Shown: positions 38,651-52,006, counted from the first letter of the whole stretch. The stretch is 63,699 bases of DNA, filler included, from Lenisia limosa (GCA_001655205.1; 13 parts of 13 records of this genome joined end to end with filler, not necessarily neighbours in it); one strand, 5' to 3'. The notes: generated by a model not told the origin, from the sequence alone. Numbers and translations: made by a program.

Positions 38651-41500
38651 TCTCTCCTCATCATAGACCCCCATATTAAGCCTCCCACGGTGATGATGAA
38701 GAGGGGCTTGAGGAGCTTCTCAGCGGTTCTGAAGGACCAGTCGACTTGAGACTCGGGGCCGTTGAAAGACACAAGAACGTGGAGGCCTTCCTTCAGGTGC
38801 TGGAACTGAGGGTCGTTCATGTCAATGCGCTGAGCGGTCAGGAAAGCAAATAGCCAGTGTAGAAAAAAAACAACTCGTTGAGGCAACATTGGGAGAGGAC
38901 TCTCGGCAGACCTCAGGGTTGCGGACGGAGCCCTTGCCTCTGACGCACATGCGAGCGTGGCACATCTGCTGCATCTCCTGGAGAGTGGCTCCTTGGGGAC
39001 CCAGAATCTTGCCGACAAAGTTGAAGCTGAATCGTGATACATCTTACAGAAGCACTGTATCATCGCAGGCCATACATCATCTCACTTCGATCAAAAAAAA
39101 AAAAAAAAANNNNNNNNNNNNNNNNNNNNNNNNNNNNNNNNNNNNNNNNNNNNNNNNNNNNNNNNNNNNNNNNNNNNNNNNNNNNNNNNNNNNNNNNNNN
39201 NNNNNTTACATCATCATGAAGGGCCCCTCATACCCGGGGGCAGTTTCGGTGGGAACGAAAATCTTATGGGAGGCGCGAACGACTTGGCCCTCGGGGGCAG
39301 GGCAGGGGGGAATGGTGTCCTGGGACATAAGAGGAAAAGGGGGGATACACAAGAAGGAAAAAACAACCAAGAAGCATACTCTTTGAGGGCCTGGGCCGGG
39401 GGGACCCGGGCGCATCATTGGAGGTCCACCAACCTTAAAGATCAGAAATGAAAAGGAGTGTTTTGGGGCAAATGTATTTGTTTCCCTAGATTTCTAATGT
39501 ATATTATTCCTCTTGTTCTAAAAATCCCCCCCCCCCCCAAAAAAAAAAANNNNNNNNNNNNNNNNNNNNNNNNNNNNNNNNNNNNNNNNNNNNNNNNNNN
39601 NNNNNNNNNNNNNNNNNNNNNNNNNNNNNNNNNNNNNNNNNNNNNNNNNNNNNNNNNNNNNNNNNNNNNNNNNNNNNNNNNNNNNNNNNNNNNNNNNNNN
39701 NNNNNNNNNNNNNNNNNNNNNNNNNNNNNNNNNNNNNNNNNNNNNNNNNNNNNNNNNNNNNNNNNNNNNNNNNNNNNNNNNNNNNNNNNNNNNNNNNNNN
39801 NNNNNNNNCTCAATGAGGATCATGATTCCTCTCTCAACGAAAGGTACGTCCTTGAGGCGACGGTACTGGTCGTGAAGCATTCTCAAGTAGCCTTCTGACA
39901 GGGGGCCAATGGGCTTGGCGCTCTACAACATCATATCCCATCCACCTTTTCAACGGTCATATCACATCATTCAGATTAAGCAGTTGTAGCACCTGTCATT
40001 TCGTGGTTTTTACCCAAATCTTCGGTCAAAGACACTTTTTGAAAAAAAAAAAAAACTTACTATTTTCTACTTATAAGAATCAAACATGAATACTATACCC
40101 CACAAACAGCGGCAGGAACAGTCACCACGGGGTGGGGCTCCTAGAACATAAAAAACACGAACAACAACAAAAAAAAAAGGAGGGGGGGTCAATATGAACC
40201 AAAAACTCATTTGTGTACAGACAGCTCTTACCTCGCGAGGGGCAACACGACGCTCGGGCTAAGAGGTGAGGAAAATGGTAATTTGGATTGATGATGAAAA
40301 GAACGTTATGATATGACTTTGATCGTTGAACCAACCTCATGTTCGGTTGTGGGGCTGAAGGTGGCAGGCGGCTGTTGGGGAGGCTGTTGCTGAGTGCGGT
40401 TGCCGTAGTAGCTCTGAAAGAATGAATTGGAAACGTAAGAGCAGATAACAAAGGGCTCAACCTACCGATTCTTGCTGAGGGGGGCTCTCGCGTTGGGGAG
40501 GGGCTTGGGGCTACAGGAGGTTACACGGAAAAATATGGATCATTCTCACGCTTGTAAACAAACGGAGATTGCTGTATCACCAACCTGAGGCTTGGGAGGA
40601 GCGGGGGCGGAGGGGCGGTTGAAAGCGGGGTGGCGGCCAATGGCAACAAGCTCGTTCTCGTTTTCACTACTACGATGACATTGTGGAGTTCTTATGAATA
40701 GGGCTTCCCTACGGTCCGAAAAAGACCGTTAAAATATATATCGAGGTTTTATCGAGAAATTCAGCCTCCATAGGGAACCCTTACATATGAACATAGTCAT
40801 GGAAGCGACAACAACACCCTACCGTCTGACAAACACCTCGCTATGGAGGAAGTTTTCGTTCACCCAGAGTTCCATCTGAGGCATCGAGAAGGGGCCCTGG
40901 AGCACACCCTTTCCGTCCTGAAAGGTCAACAACATCCTCGGAGATTTGGTGATTCAGGAGAATGGGAAAACGGGAAACACTAAAGAGTATCATGATTCAG
41001 GAGTAGAGAAATTACAAAATCGAAGCACACCTGGTAGAGCCACTGGTTTCCTGAAGCCGAAGGGGCGGGCGCTGCTGGTTGCGCCACCTGGGGCTGGCTG
41101 TAGCTTTGGATGGGCTGGGATACAGGGGGGGCAGGGCGAGGCTTTGTGGTATCAATCTCCCAGAGATCTGTGCGGTCGGCAAGGGTGACAAACTCATGGT
41201 CGCCAGTTCTAAGATGGTGAAAATCAATACTATCATATTATTTTTCTGGATCAACGCAGGAAGGAGCAGGAGAGGACTTTGGAGAGAACCGTACCTCTTA
41301 GCCTTGATTTTGAGGGGAACAAGTCCATTGCTGAACCATTCCTTCATCTGGTCGGTCTCAAAAGGACCCTGAAAGCGTCAATACTCAAGAGAAGATGTGT
41401 TTCAACCAAACCTGCTGTTTGTTCTCAACATCGAGGTAGAACCAAGCTTTTCCTTGAATAGTGAAAAGAAGAGATTAATGGTAGAAAACAAACCTGACAT
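38651..41500 (-). CDS. Tandem GYF-domain + STAR (QUA1-like/KH) RNA-binding protein
   Basis: ATG at 41500. Exons read MSGKAWFYLDVENKQQGPFETDQMKEWFSNGLV and QWLYQDGKGVLQGPFSMPQMELWVNENFL (two GYF-like domains), a Q/P linker, YLRMLHDQYRRLKDVPFVERGIMILIE, KIFVPTETAPG, NFVGKILGPQGATLQEMQQMCHARMCVRGKGSV and LKEGLHVLVSF. Confidence 0.8.
40701..40770. mobile_element. MITE family A, truncated copy (further left-arm remnants at 28638-28675 and 54965-55000)
   Basis: TA-GGGCTTCCCTACGGTCCGAAAAAGAC..ATCGAGAAATTCAG. The right TIR is degenerate. Confidence 0.6.
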
Positions 41501-41757
41501 GTTGTCTTATACCAATCAATAATAACTATGTCGCAAATCAGATTGATATATAAGGATTATATGAGAAACAAAAGGGGAAAAGAAAGCCAAAAACTGGTTA
41601 TAAATAGCTACGTACATGGGGATCGTATAGAGTTGTCTTTTTGTTGCCCTTTTTTTTGTGCATTTTTGCTCTTTTCTCCCCTCCAACTTGCCTTCAACTG
41701 GCCTTTCTGTAACTTAGTATTCAAGAACACATTCTGTAAACCGCTTCCTGAGTGAAA

Positions 41758-42317
41758 ATGTTTAACGAGAATGGCCTTCCAGCCCACCAGGCCTCACCAA
41801 ACCTTCAGTTTTATCCTGGAACACCCGGACAGCCAGTGAACCCAACTACAACCGCAATACCTGTAGGTTCCCGGTCGGCATATGTGTTGCACTCTGAGCT
41901 GCCGAATCATTTAATATCCCTTTAACCTATTATCTAATTATTATGAGAAATTTATCAGATACCTGCTACTATAGGGTGGAGAGTGTATTCCCCTTTTATT
42001 GTCTCAGATGCCTCACCAACAACCAATGTACCCCCCACCTCCCACTGGTCCAACTTCAATCGAAGATGAACCTCCTCTTCTCGAAGGTTGGCTTCTTTTA
42101 CAATAATTGGGTGACGAGTTGAGAATTAAGCTTGGTTCGGTCCGCTTATTCAAAGTAATAAATTCACGATTTAGAATTGGAAATAGACTTCGACCATATT
42201 TTGAAGAAGGCCCTGGCAGTGTTGCACCCTCGGACAACCCCAGACAAAAACGTTCTTGATGCCGACTTGAGCGGGCCTTTTTGTGTTGTTGTGGCCCTCG
42301 GTGCCATCTTATTGCTG
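41758..42317 (+). CDS. YIPF5: Yip1-domain protein YIPF5/7, 5' part
   Basis: Exons read [47 protein letters not shown]. Confidence 0.85.
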
Positions 42318-43614
42318 GTATGTTAGTGAAATTGGGAGATTCATCATGTCAAGCATTATATCCATGGAGAAATAGTTGTGCTATTCTATATGATGTATCA
42401 AATAAAAATCATATCATATAATATATCATCATATACTATATGATATATGCATTATATACATATCATATCATATATAATTATCTATATATCATATATTCTA
42501 TATATTATGTATATATACATATATATTCTTAAATTGTGTTGTTGTCATCTTTGTGTGTGTGTGTGTTTGTATGTATGCATGTATATGCTCAAGGTCCACA
42601 ATTATGTCGTTAATACGAATCAATGTCGTTAATTATTTACGGTCGCCAAATCAGTTATTCACCTTCAAAACAGTAATATATTTCTGAGATATACACATTA
42701 ATTGTTTATGAAAGGAAACACAGGAAAAAAAATAACCTTTCAGAATATTTCATATGTTTTTTGAAAGATCAGCAAACTTTATCACGAAAAATTTTTTTAG
42801 CGCCACGCTCGCAATTTTTTTTCAGCTTATGCTCGCATTTTTCTCAGATGTCCTTTTTGGCGAGTTAAACTGTTGTGAAGTTGACCGTAAGATGAAAAAG
42901 NNNNNNNNNNNNNNNNNNNNNNNNNNNNNNNNNNNNNNNNNNNNNNNNNNNNNNNNNNNNNNNNNNNNNNNNNNNNNNNNNNNNNNNNNNNNNNNNNNNN
43001 NNNNNNNNNNNNNNTGAGCATATATCGATATATATAGTATATACTACATATATATGATATAGTATATATATATTATATCGATATAGTATATCATATGTGT
43101 ATAATATATATATATATATATATATACTATATATGTGTGTGTGTATGTGTGTATGTATGTATGTAATTATGAATGTAAAAATATATATATAATATATCAC
43201 ACCCTCCATATATCTGTGAATTTTCCTTTATTTGTGATTTTTTTTGAAATTTACGGAAAATTTTGCTAAAAATATGGCATATAACTAAGAGAATTGTCNN
43301 NNNNNNNNNNNNNNNNNNNNNNNNNNNNNNNNNNNNNNNNNNTTAATTAATTAANNNNNNNNNNNNNNNNNNNNNNNNNNNNNNNNNNNNNNNNNNNNTC
43401 GAGGAATTAGTAAGTTTGTCTCTATAAATTCTACTTAAATATTGTTATTTCCCGCACATTTTCGGACTGTATGGCCGCAGCGAGTGGAAAGGAAGATAAC
43501 TTTTCCAAATCCAAAGAGATAATTACCGATATGTTTCATATTATCCATTTTTAAAGGTGAAGCCGATCAATCTTTCTGTTCAAATAGTTTCTCTATTTAA
43601 CACCGAATAGGTTG

Positions 43615-45908
43615 CATCCGTCAGTGGAGGTTTCAACGAAGAAAACGATGCTAAAACCGTTTCAGAGGCCGACAGTGGGTATTGATTGGATATGGAATAG
43701 TCGTTACAACTACCAGATAATATATTTGTTGTGGAATATATATTTTGTTTATGAAGGGATTTTATGATCCCAAACCAGGAACACCATAAACACTTCATAA
43801 ACAAAGTAATTATTATCTTTAACTTCTTGCAGTTTCGCGAATGTCGTCAGAAGAGCGTCGTATTGCCGGTCGAGTTATGCTTGAACGTGCAGTGGTGTGG
43901 CACTACTATAGAGAAGTGGGCGGGGGTATGGTACTACTATAGAGAAGTGGACGGGTGCTACTACTATAGAGAAGTGGGCGGGGGTGTTTTTTGTCAAGGA
44001 GTTTTACCTTTATTTGACATCTTATATCTTATTTAACAGGCTGGATACGCTGCTATTGCATTCAAACACGCACAGAAGATGATGGTAAGCACTCATGGTT
44101 CTGAAAACAGTGTCTCTCCTTTGATTCATTGGTTTAATTAATGAAATGGCAAAGAAACTGTGATATTAATGAACTTTTAGGCTCTGGACGTGGGACTAAC
44201 CGGAAAGCTTGGAAAGAGAACCAAGTTCCAACAGAAGGGTGGGTATTTGGATGAAATTTTAGAAATGCTTAATAGCAGATTTCTGTGTGTACTTTTCTTT
44301 TTAACAATTGGATTCCTTATTTTTTTTTATCTCTTCAAAGCCACTTCTCTCTTCCTTGCGTCCATCATCACGTTCCTAGATGTTGCGCAACTTATCTTGA
44401 CGGCTTCCTCCTCTCTCACCGACGAGCAGACTGAAGAGCGGTCCCCGGACATGGATGCTGAAGACGAATCGGCAGCTCCCAGTATGGGGATTATCTGTAA
44501 TTTCTTGAATTCTAAGGAAATAGAAAAGGTTAATTGGTTTAGAAAACATTGAACTGGACGACGACACTCTTCTGGATAGAGTACAGGTGGGGCTCCTGGT
44601 TGCATAGTTATTTTTTATATTATATTTGAAAGGGTTTGGGTTACTTTTAATGAATTGTATCTCAATAATATACTTACTTCTTTTTCTGTTTGCAACAAGT
44701 TATAACCTTTCCTTCACCATACACTATCAGCCATTCAATACACTTCTACCCTGGGCTTCAATTCGGTTCGAAAAAGACGATAAAATATCGATAGTTTTCG
44801 AGGATTTATCGAGAAATTCCGTCTTTTTTCGAACTGAAGTAAAGCCTTACTTCTACCCAAAACGTAGCGTTCCTTTAAAGTATGTCCCTATCTCCTCCTC
44901 ACATCATCATCATCTCATCCTCACATCACCATCATCTCATCCTTGCATCACCATCATCTCATCCTTGCATCACCATCATCTCATCCTTCACCTCATCCTC
45001 ACATCACCATCATCTCATCCTCACATCACCATCATCTCATCCTCACATCACCATCATCTTATCCTTACTTCACCATCATCTCATCCTCACAAGGCTACAT
45101 CTCCTCTTTACAACGTCACCTATCTATACAACACCAGCTTGCTGACGGTGGAGCTGACTCAGTTGAGGGTCTCTCAATCCTCGAACAGTCCCTCGTATTG
45201 GGTTTATGGTGGGGAGGTGATGTCACTTTGGCTTATCCAAGAACCCATAGTGAACGCAATCCATTAGTAATAGATCTTCTTTGCTCAATGCGGGGCTGAA
45301 CTGGATATCATATTTATGTGCGGGGCTGAACTGGATATGTGCGGGGCTGAACTGGATATCATATTTTCCGATAAAAAAAACAGTCAGCATTTATTGATTT
45401 AAATCCTGGCTGTAGTCCTTTTCCACATTGATTGTACTCCAGCCACAATGTCCGCAACAAAAACCCTGCCCACGGCCTTACTAAGGAGGAAATGATGCCG
45501 TATGTCAGATCCGTCCTGGACAACCATCAGAATTGGTTGGGCGACTTCTTTATTTTTTCTTTTGCTGTGAAGCTCAGTGTGCTTGGATACTATCACACAG
45601 AAAGCCACAGAAAGCCCTGTGCTGTGTCCAAATTGCAACAATAATATGAGTAATCTGACCTACAAGGCTGATCCACTCCCTCGGACTGCTTCTTCGTGCC
45701 CGACTTGAGAGCAAAAGTGTCAGAACAGTTGATCGTTCCACTCTTCAACTCCAAGTGGGAGGAGAGGGGGGGGGGGTCACCCCGTTTTTAAAAAATATCG
45801 CTGTATTTACTAATTATTGTTCTTCTGTTTGCGATTTGCTGATGTAATTGTTTCACTCCCTAGGCTCTGGTTGACCAATTTGACGATGACCAAAGCACTT
45901 CCAGAGTT
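43615..45908 (+). CDS. TTC27: TPR protein TTC27/Emw1, internal part
   Basis: Exons read VGLTGKLGKRTKFQQKDVAQLIL, IELDDDTLLDRV, NPAHGLTKEEMMPYVRSVLDNHQNW and ALVDQF. Confidence 0.8.
44753..44847. mobile_element. MITE family A copy in a TTC27 intron
   Basis: GGGCTTCAATTCGGTTCGAAAAAGAC ... GTCTTTTTTCGAACTGAAGTAAAGCCT. Confidence 0.8.
44895..45090. repeat. Intronic minisatellite, approximately 22 bp unit (TCCTCACATCACCATCATCTCA), about 9 copies
   Basis: Direct reading. It explains the spurious His-rich ORFs. Confidence 0.9.
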
Positions 45909-46204
45909 NNNNNNNNNNNNNNNNNNNNNNNNNNNNNNNNNNNNNNNNNNNNTTAATTAATTAANNNNNNNNNNNNNNNNNNNNNNNNNNNNNNNNNNNN
46001 NNNNNNNNCCAATAAAAAGAATACCCACCTCTATTGGCATTATATTTTAGGCATTCGCAAGGTCTAAAAACAAAAAAAAACAAAACAAAAAAAAATACAC
46101 AGCAACAATTCGCAAAACAGTCAAAACCCCATAGCAGTAAAAAGTAATATTAATCATAAAAGCACGATGCTTTGGTTATTTAAGAAGATCACACCATCAC
46201 CTAC

Positions 46205-47280
46205 GGGGTCGGTTTTAGTTTTAGCCCAGGTCAACAGAGATGACAGGCAAAGGACTGACTTGGGTCCAGAGAGGGATTTGTCCAGGAATCCTGGGGGGGT
46301 AAAACTGGGCTAAAAAGGAGGGGCTTCGTTTCTGACCCAAAGCTCACGCTTTCGAATACAGCTTATTCAAAGCCCGGGGGGGGGGGGGNNNNNNNNNNNN
46401 NNNNNNNNNNNNNNNNNNNNNNNNNNNNNNNNNNNNNNNNNNNNNNNNNNNNNNNNNNNNNNNNNNNNNNNNNNNNNNNNNNNNNNNNNNNNNNNNNNNN
46501 NNNNNNNNNNNNNNNNNNNNNNNNNNNNNNNNNNNNNNNNNNNNNNNNNNNNNNNNNNNNNNNNNNNNNNNNNNNNNNNNNNNNNNNNNNNNNNNNAAGC
46601 TTACGTGTATGAAAGCCCCTTAACTAACACAAACTAGCCTGAAATTCATAATCTCTGTTTGCACAGCTAGATGGCAATAATTAGAGTAGCAGCCCCAACG
46701 CATCATCCCCACCCAATTAAAGACGCCCAGAACCGTTATCAAGACAAACGACAAAGGAAACAAGCCAACACTATCAAGTAAAGACTTTTGTGTGTTCCGG
46801 TTCTCCCTACAAACCTTCAAAGATAGCCTGGGCAAATTCGGTGTTTTCAACCGCGTTAACGATGAGCACCTCAGTGTTCCTAATAAGATCCATGGTGGCC
46901 CTCACCTCAGAAGTCTGAGAATGTAAGGGGGAAGGCCAGAGGCGAGCCTGGCATACCTGGCAGATCATATTTGCACCTTCCACGGGCTTGTCGTCTTCAT
47001 TTTGGGGACGAGAGAAGGTTCCTGAAACAGACCACGAACGAGCGGGCAAGACTCGCTCTTCTTGGTTTTCGTCATCGTCTTCGTTTTCTGAAAGCTCTGG
47101 AAGCACATCCCAAGGAGCAGGGGCCGAAGTTGAGGCAAACAAGCGGACAATCTCACGGCCAACAACGGTATCTGCGTCAAGAACTAAAACGTTCACTGGA
47201 GATGGTGGTGTGGGTGGAGCTACAGGGGTTTCGGCAGGAAGCTCGCCTTGAGAGGCAAGTTCGCCCTCGATATCGCTCAT
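46205..47280 (-). CDS. AK7: Adenylate kinase 7-like, N-terminal part
   Basis: Exons read VLVLDADTVVGREIVRLF, an acidic insert, WSVSGTF, LIRNTEVLIVN and PKSVLCLSSLLTWAKTKTDP. The order and motifs match the AK7 N-terminal domain. Confidence 0.72.
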
Positions 47281-47482
47281 TGTGGAAGGTTTTCTCTGTT
47301 ATTCCTAGCTGACTAGTTGTATTACTACTATATAAGTAAATATATGCAATCCTAATAACGACAAAAAGAGAGTTAAAAAAAAAAACCCCCACCGTTTTTT
47401 AAATGATCAAATGATCTGTAAGCATTGAAGGTTTCTGTTTGAAACATAATTCATCGAAAATAATACTACAAAAAACCCAAGT

Positions 47483-48806
47483 TTATTCCGAGTAATCCAC
47501 ATCTTCCTGCTTTTCCTCCTCCGTCATTTCAACAGGCTTTGTCTCCTCGGCCTTCTCTTCTTCCTGAACGATTATTCAAGGGTTTGGTGAGTAGATCAAC
47601 AACGTCATTATAAAACAACGTGTGAATAATCTTTAAAACCTCACCCACCTTCACTTCCTCCTCCACATCTTCTTTTTCTTCCTCCTTTTCCTCCTTGGTT
47701 TCTTCGGTCTTCTTGTTGGTTGGTTCTGGGGTGTTAATTACCACCTGACTGGACTGTATATGGAATGTAAAAGCAAAACCGAAACCAAAAACTCCCTGCT
47801 AATCAGCTCATGGCCAAAATACGACAACTTTATTAAAATCATGTGTCACAGCCCACCCCCCAACCTGAGATTTTCACGACCACAACACGGCCATCAATTT
47901 TCTTCGGTTTCGCCAAGTCCTTCTTTTCCTCCCTAAAACGTCAAGATTTTTTCTTGGACAAACTTGTGAAACAAGACTTTGACCGAACAAGATTTCATTG
48001 CCCCCTCCCCTCACTCTGTAACCTCCTCTTCTTTCAACATCTTCAAATGGATGTGGTTGTGTGCGTAACCGGCAATAGCCTGATAGGGATCAATTAAATG
48101 GTCCTTTCGGCCTTTTCATAACAAAGTTTCATTGGGGTATGAACGTGAGATGAAAAAGGAGTATCTGGCTGAAGTCTCCACATCGTAAAGCGTATTAATG
48201 GTTATAGAGAACAGTGATTGTGTTATGTTTAACTATAAGATTTTTGTTTAAAAAAAATATCAGCTTAAATTTATGCGAATCCTTGTAATTCACTCATACA
48301 TATTGATAATTCTTTGGAAAACCATTCTCCCGTTTCCACACCTTTGCAGTTGCTTCTTTGGTTTCGAAGTTAACAAAACCGAAGCCCTTGGATCTCTTAG
48401 TACCAGGTTCTTTGACAATCTGGACAGTGAACCATTTTTTGGTCAGGTAAAACTAATTATAGTTGAAAGCGATTATTTGTTTTGCTTTACTAGTAAGAGC
48501 AAAGTTGGTATTTGTTGAAGCTTCAAATATCATAGGTGTATACAAAAACCGAATGAGATTCCTAACAAAATATATCCGATGGAGCGCCCCCACCCCCTCC
48601 CCCACGAAGGCGCTTTTAACCGTGCCGAATCGTGAGAAGACCTCAATGAGCCTCTGTCCGTCGGTCATGAAGTTAAGACCGCCGACAAAGAGCCGAGTTT
48701 CGGGATCATACTCAACCCGCGGCGGAGGGCGGTGGCTGCGGATGGGGGATGGTCTGGGTGGTGATAGTGAGGAGGATGTGAGCCTCCCACCACAATATGA
48801 TATCAA
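47483..48806 (-). CDS. RRM-domain RNA-binding protein with acidic tail (5' end uncertain)
   Basis: RNP2 RLFVGGLNF and RNP1 RSKGFGFVNF lie in adjacent exons. The C-terminus is Glu/Lys-rich and ends ..VDYSE*. Confidence 0.8.
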
Positions 48807-49259
48807 CTCGATTCACAAATATGTGTATTAAAAATAAAAAAAAAGGAAAAGAAGCAGAAGAAAAGGATGAATACGAAGAAGACAACAAAGACCCCCCCCC
48901 CCCCCGGGGNNNNNNNNNNNNNNNNNNNNNNNNNNNNNNNNNNNNNNNNNNNNTTAATTAATTAANNNNNNNNNNNNNNNNNNNNNNNNNNNNNNNNNNN
49001 NNNNNNNNNAACAATATGGTGTCAAGCAAACTGTGACTATTCTAAACCATACTGATGCTGAGCAAAAAAAGTAGTAATGGTACAAAAAAAAGGGTTGTGA
49101 AGCTTTAAAGCGGCCAAACTAACTATACTGAAGAATATTGAAAATAGTATTATTTCAGCCAATCCAAAATAATATCTCCACATTTTTTTTTTATATCATA
49201 TATACACTGACAGCGATAAGTCCCAACACGATTGACAAAGATAAATCTCAATGTCCGTC

Positions 49260-51344
49260 TTATGACTTATCGCGGCCACTGTATACCCTTCCTGTTTGAA
49301 GATATGGCCGCCCCCTTACAGCTTGGGTGGCCTTGTAAAGAGTTAACGCCTCAATTTCCGGCGAGATACTGGGTAGGTTAGAGAAGCTGGAAATGAAGGT
49401 TAGAGAAGTGGAAATGAAGGTGAGAGAAGTTGGAAATGAAGGTTAGAGAAACTGGAAAGCTGGAAATGAAGGTTAGAGAAGCTGGAAATGAATCTTGTGC
49501 CCATGAACAAACGAGCCTCTAGTGGAGTGATGTGAATGAAGCAGAAGGGTATCATTTTGACCCCCCAACCTGCAGTCGAGAGCCTTGCCTGCTTCAGCAC
49601 GTGACATTTGATCAACTTCAGCTGAAGTTGTTAGATTGCCCAACTGAAGATGTCCGCATCCCTAGGTTTTATGTAGGTTTGATAGATATGGAACTTTCAC
49701 CCACCCGAGGCACTGGCGTTTCCCATGACTAGGGGAGCCAACGCGGCCGAGGGCACAATGGTATCCAGGGTGCAGTCCGGGAAGACGGCGAGTGTGGCGA
49801 TTGCTGACGCCGAAGTGGGGTTGGTCAGTCCGGTGTGGATCACACTGGAGGTGAACTCCGGAGAGGGAGAAAGAAATATTGATTAGGGGTACAAAATAAC
49901 AATACCGTATGTGAAGGACTGAATAGCTTACGTGTTGCCAGCGTTGTTACCTGCTGCCTCATTGATGATGTAGTACTGTGGGGTTAGATTGGAAACAAAA
50001 AAAACCAAATTTCAACTTAATTGGCTAACTATCAAGATCGTGAAAGGTTTGAAAAGACAAGCACATTTGTGCTCACCTTGGTAGCGGTAATATAGTCAGC
50101 AATTGTGGTCTGTGCGGCGTCAAGAGGTGTATGGACCTCAGCCCCCTGAAAGTCAGCGCACAGCAACCAATAATACCAACAATATGAAGAACCAATTAAA
50201 GGATGCAATGGCAAGGACCAACCAGCGCTGTGGTAATGGCAGTATTGATGTCACCGTCACGGCCGGCATCGAGGGTATTAGTCAGTGAAATGAGGATGAC
50301 CTTCTTAGTGGTCTCAGCATCATTCCAAGCCTTGATCTCCTCCAAAGCCTGAAGGTCAACATCGACACTACCGAAGACAAAAGGAAGGAATATGTGCGCA
50401 GCATCTCACTTGCTGAAGCGTCTTATCCGAGGTCTCACATCCAACATGCTTGTTGTTGACATTCACGGCAGAGTAGGGGGTGAAAAAGGGTACATTGCTG
50501 AGGGGTTATCAAGCGGTCCTGTGTTATGTTCTTTAAAAGGAATACTGCTTTACAAATACAATTTGAAGATTTCAAGATCCATAGCTTACCAAGAACCTGG
50601 GTCAGCAACACACTTCAGCTCAATCTAAAAAGTGAAGAGCTTTCTTCCTGTAGTGTTTATCATATGTGAACTCAAATGAATAACACCCAGCCCACATCTT
50701 CGCCAGCAGTACAGGCCTTAATGGCGGCGGCGGAAATGTCTCCCAAAGGAGCTCCGGCAGCATCAAAGACAAGGGGATGGATCTCAAGGTGGATGTGTCT
50801 GTATTGTTATCTTAACTGCATCAAATCCTCAATAAAGTAGAGACGCTTATGTTGTAGAGATCAACAAGAAATGGGGAGTGAACTCGTTTATTTATCGACT
50901 TCATTGGGAGGCCAACATCGGATACCCATCACACCTTGAGCCCATTGTCAACTGTTGTGTCACATTCAGAGCGTGAGTCGCAAACTCTCTCTCATCCTAT
51001 ATGGTAAACGAGGAATATGTACCAGGGTCTTTGAACCATGTTCAAATGATCTCAATATTATGTATTTGTTCAATTAAGAGGAAAGATGAGGAGGCGGCGA
51101 ACCGGAATATTTTGGAACGCATTGCGATAGGCTGTCCATGATTGGCGTTGGAAAGGAGTAAGGGTTGATGAAAGTTCGTCTTGAATCGGAACAACCGCCT
51201 TAGTAAACCTATTAGTCAGCAAAGGCGATTGAATAGAGGGGCAAACCAATTTCTGAGTCTCCGACTCTGTCCTTCAGCAAAACTAGGCTTCTGAGCAAGC
51301 GTTAATGATACAACTGTTAATAAAACGAAGAGAATAGCCTTCAT
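49260..51344 (-). CDS. Secreted PI-PLC X-domain-like phosphodiesterase (3' end approximate)
   Basis: Signal-peptide-like MKAILFVLLTVVSLTLAQ, then NVTQQLTMG, YIHLEIHP and ALEEIKAWNDAETTKKVILISL, which resemble PLC-like TIM-barrel motifs. Confidence 0.6.
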
Positions 51345-51668
51345 TCTCGCCCTTGGGGTTGATGGGCCAATGCTACAAACTTCTTTTTCTCTTTAAACAA
51401 ATCAAAGTGATATTCTTCTATCCAATTTAACGCAATATCAACAAATTTTGATCGATTTTGGGCGTGTTCTTTTTTTTTGTTTTTGAACAGTCACTCGATA
51501 TTTTTCGAAAGTCAGTCATCTTTGTTTTTCAACCCAACCCCCTCCTCTCGCCCTCTTCAGCCCTCTTTCTCATCCCTTAATTACAGTTTTAACCCTTACT
51601 TAAATTAAAAGTGGAAGAAGGGTCAGAAGAAGGCAAATCTTCACATATATTATCCTGACTTCAACAGA

Positions 51669-52006
51669 ATGACTGAGTCCACACTGCCTTGTATGCATTT
51701 ATTGCGAAACCATTGGATTTTAATGATGTTTTTGTGACATTGATTTGGTAATATTTAGGCACTTACCTATCAGACGAAGATGTTGAGATTGAAGATATGG
51801 ACTACAACCCCGAAACTGAGTCCTTTCTTTTCGCCTGCCCGTAAGTGGGCTGCATTTAATGCCCTATTATTTTCCTTTTTATTGGACCCTCTTAATGCCT
51901 CAGATGTGGGGACGAATTTGCGGTCACCGTTGCGGACCTGAAGAAGGGCGTTGACGTTGCCACATGCCCCTCTTGCTCGTTGTGGATCAGGGTTATTTTC
52001 GAAGCG
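51669..52006 (+). CDS. DPH3: Diphthamide biosynthesis protein 3 / Kti11 (CSL zinc finger); last exon unresolved
   Basis: Spliced [57 protein letters not shown]. Confidence 0.93.

Noticed and set aside
42390-43200. AT-rich (TA)n / ATATC patches as a structured element
   Set aside because: They are low-complexity microsatellite-like sequence with no defined boundaries. Similar patches occur at about 3830, 52280, 59110 and 60460.
44626-45299. His-rich ORFs as metal-binding proteins
   Set aside because: They are translations of a 22 bp intronic minisatellite inside TTC27.
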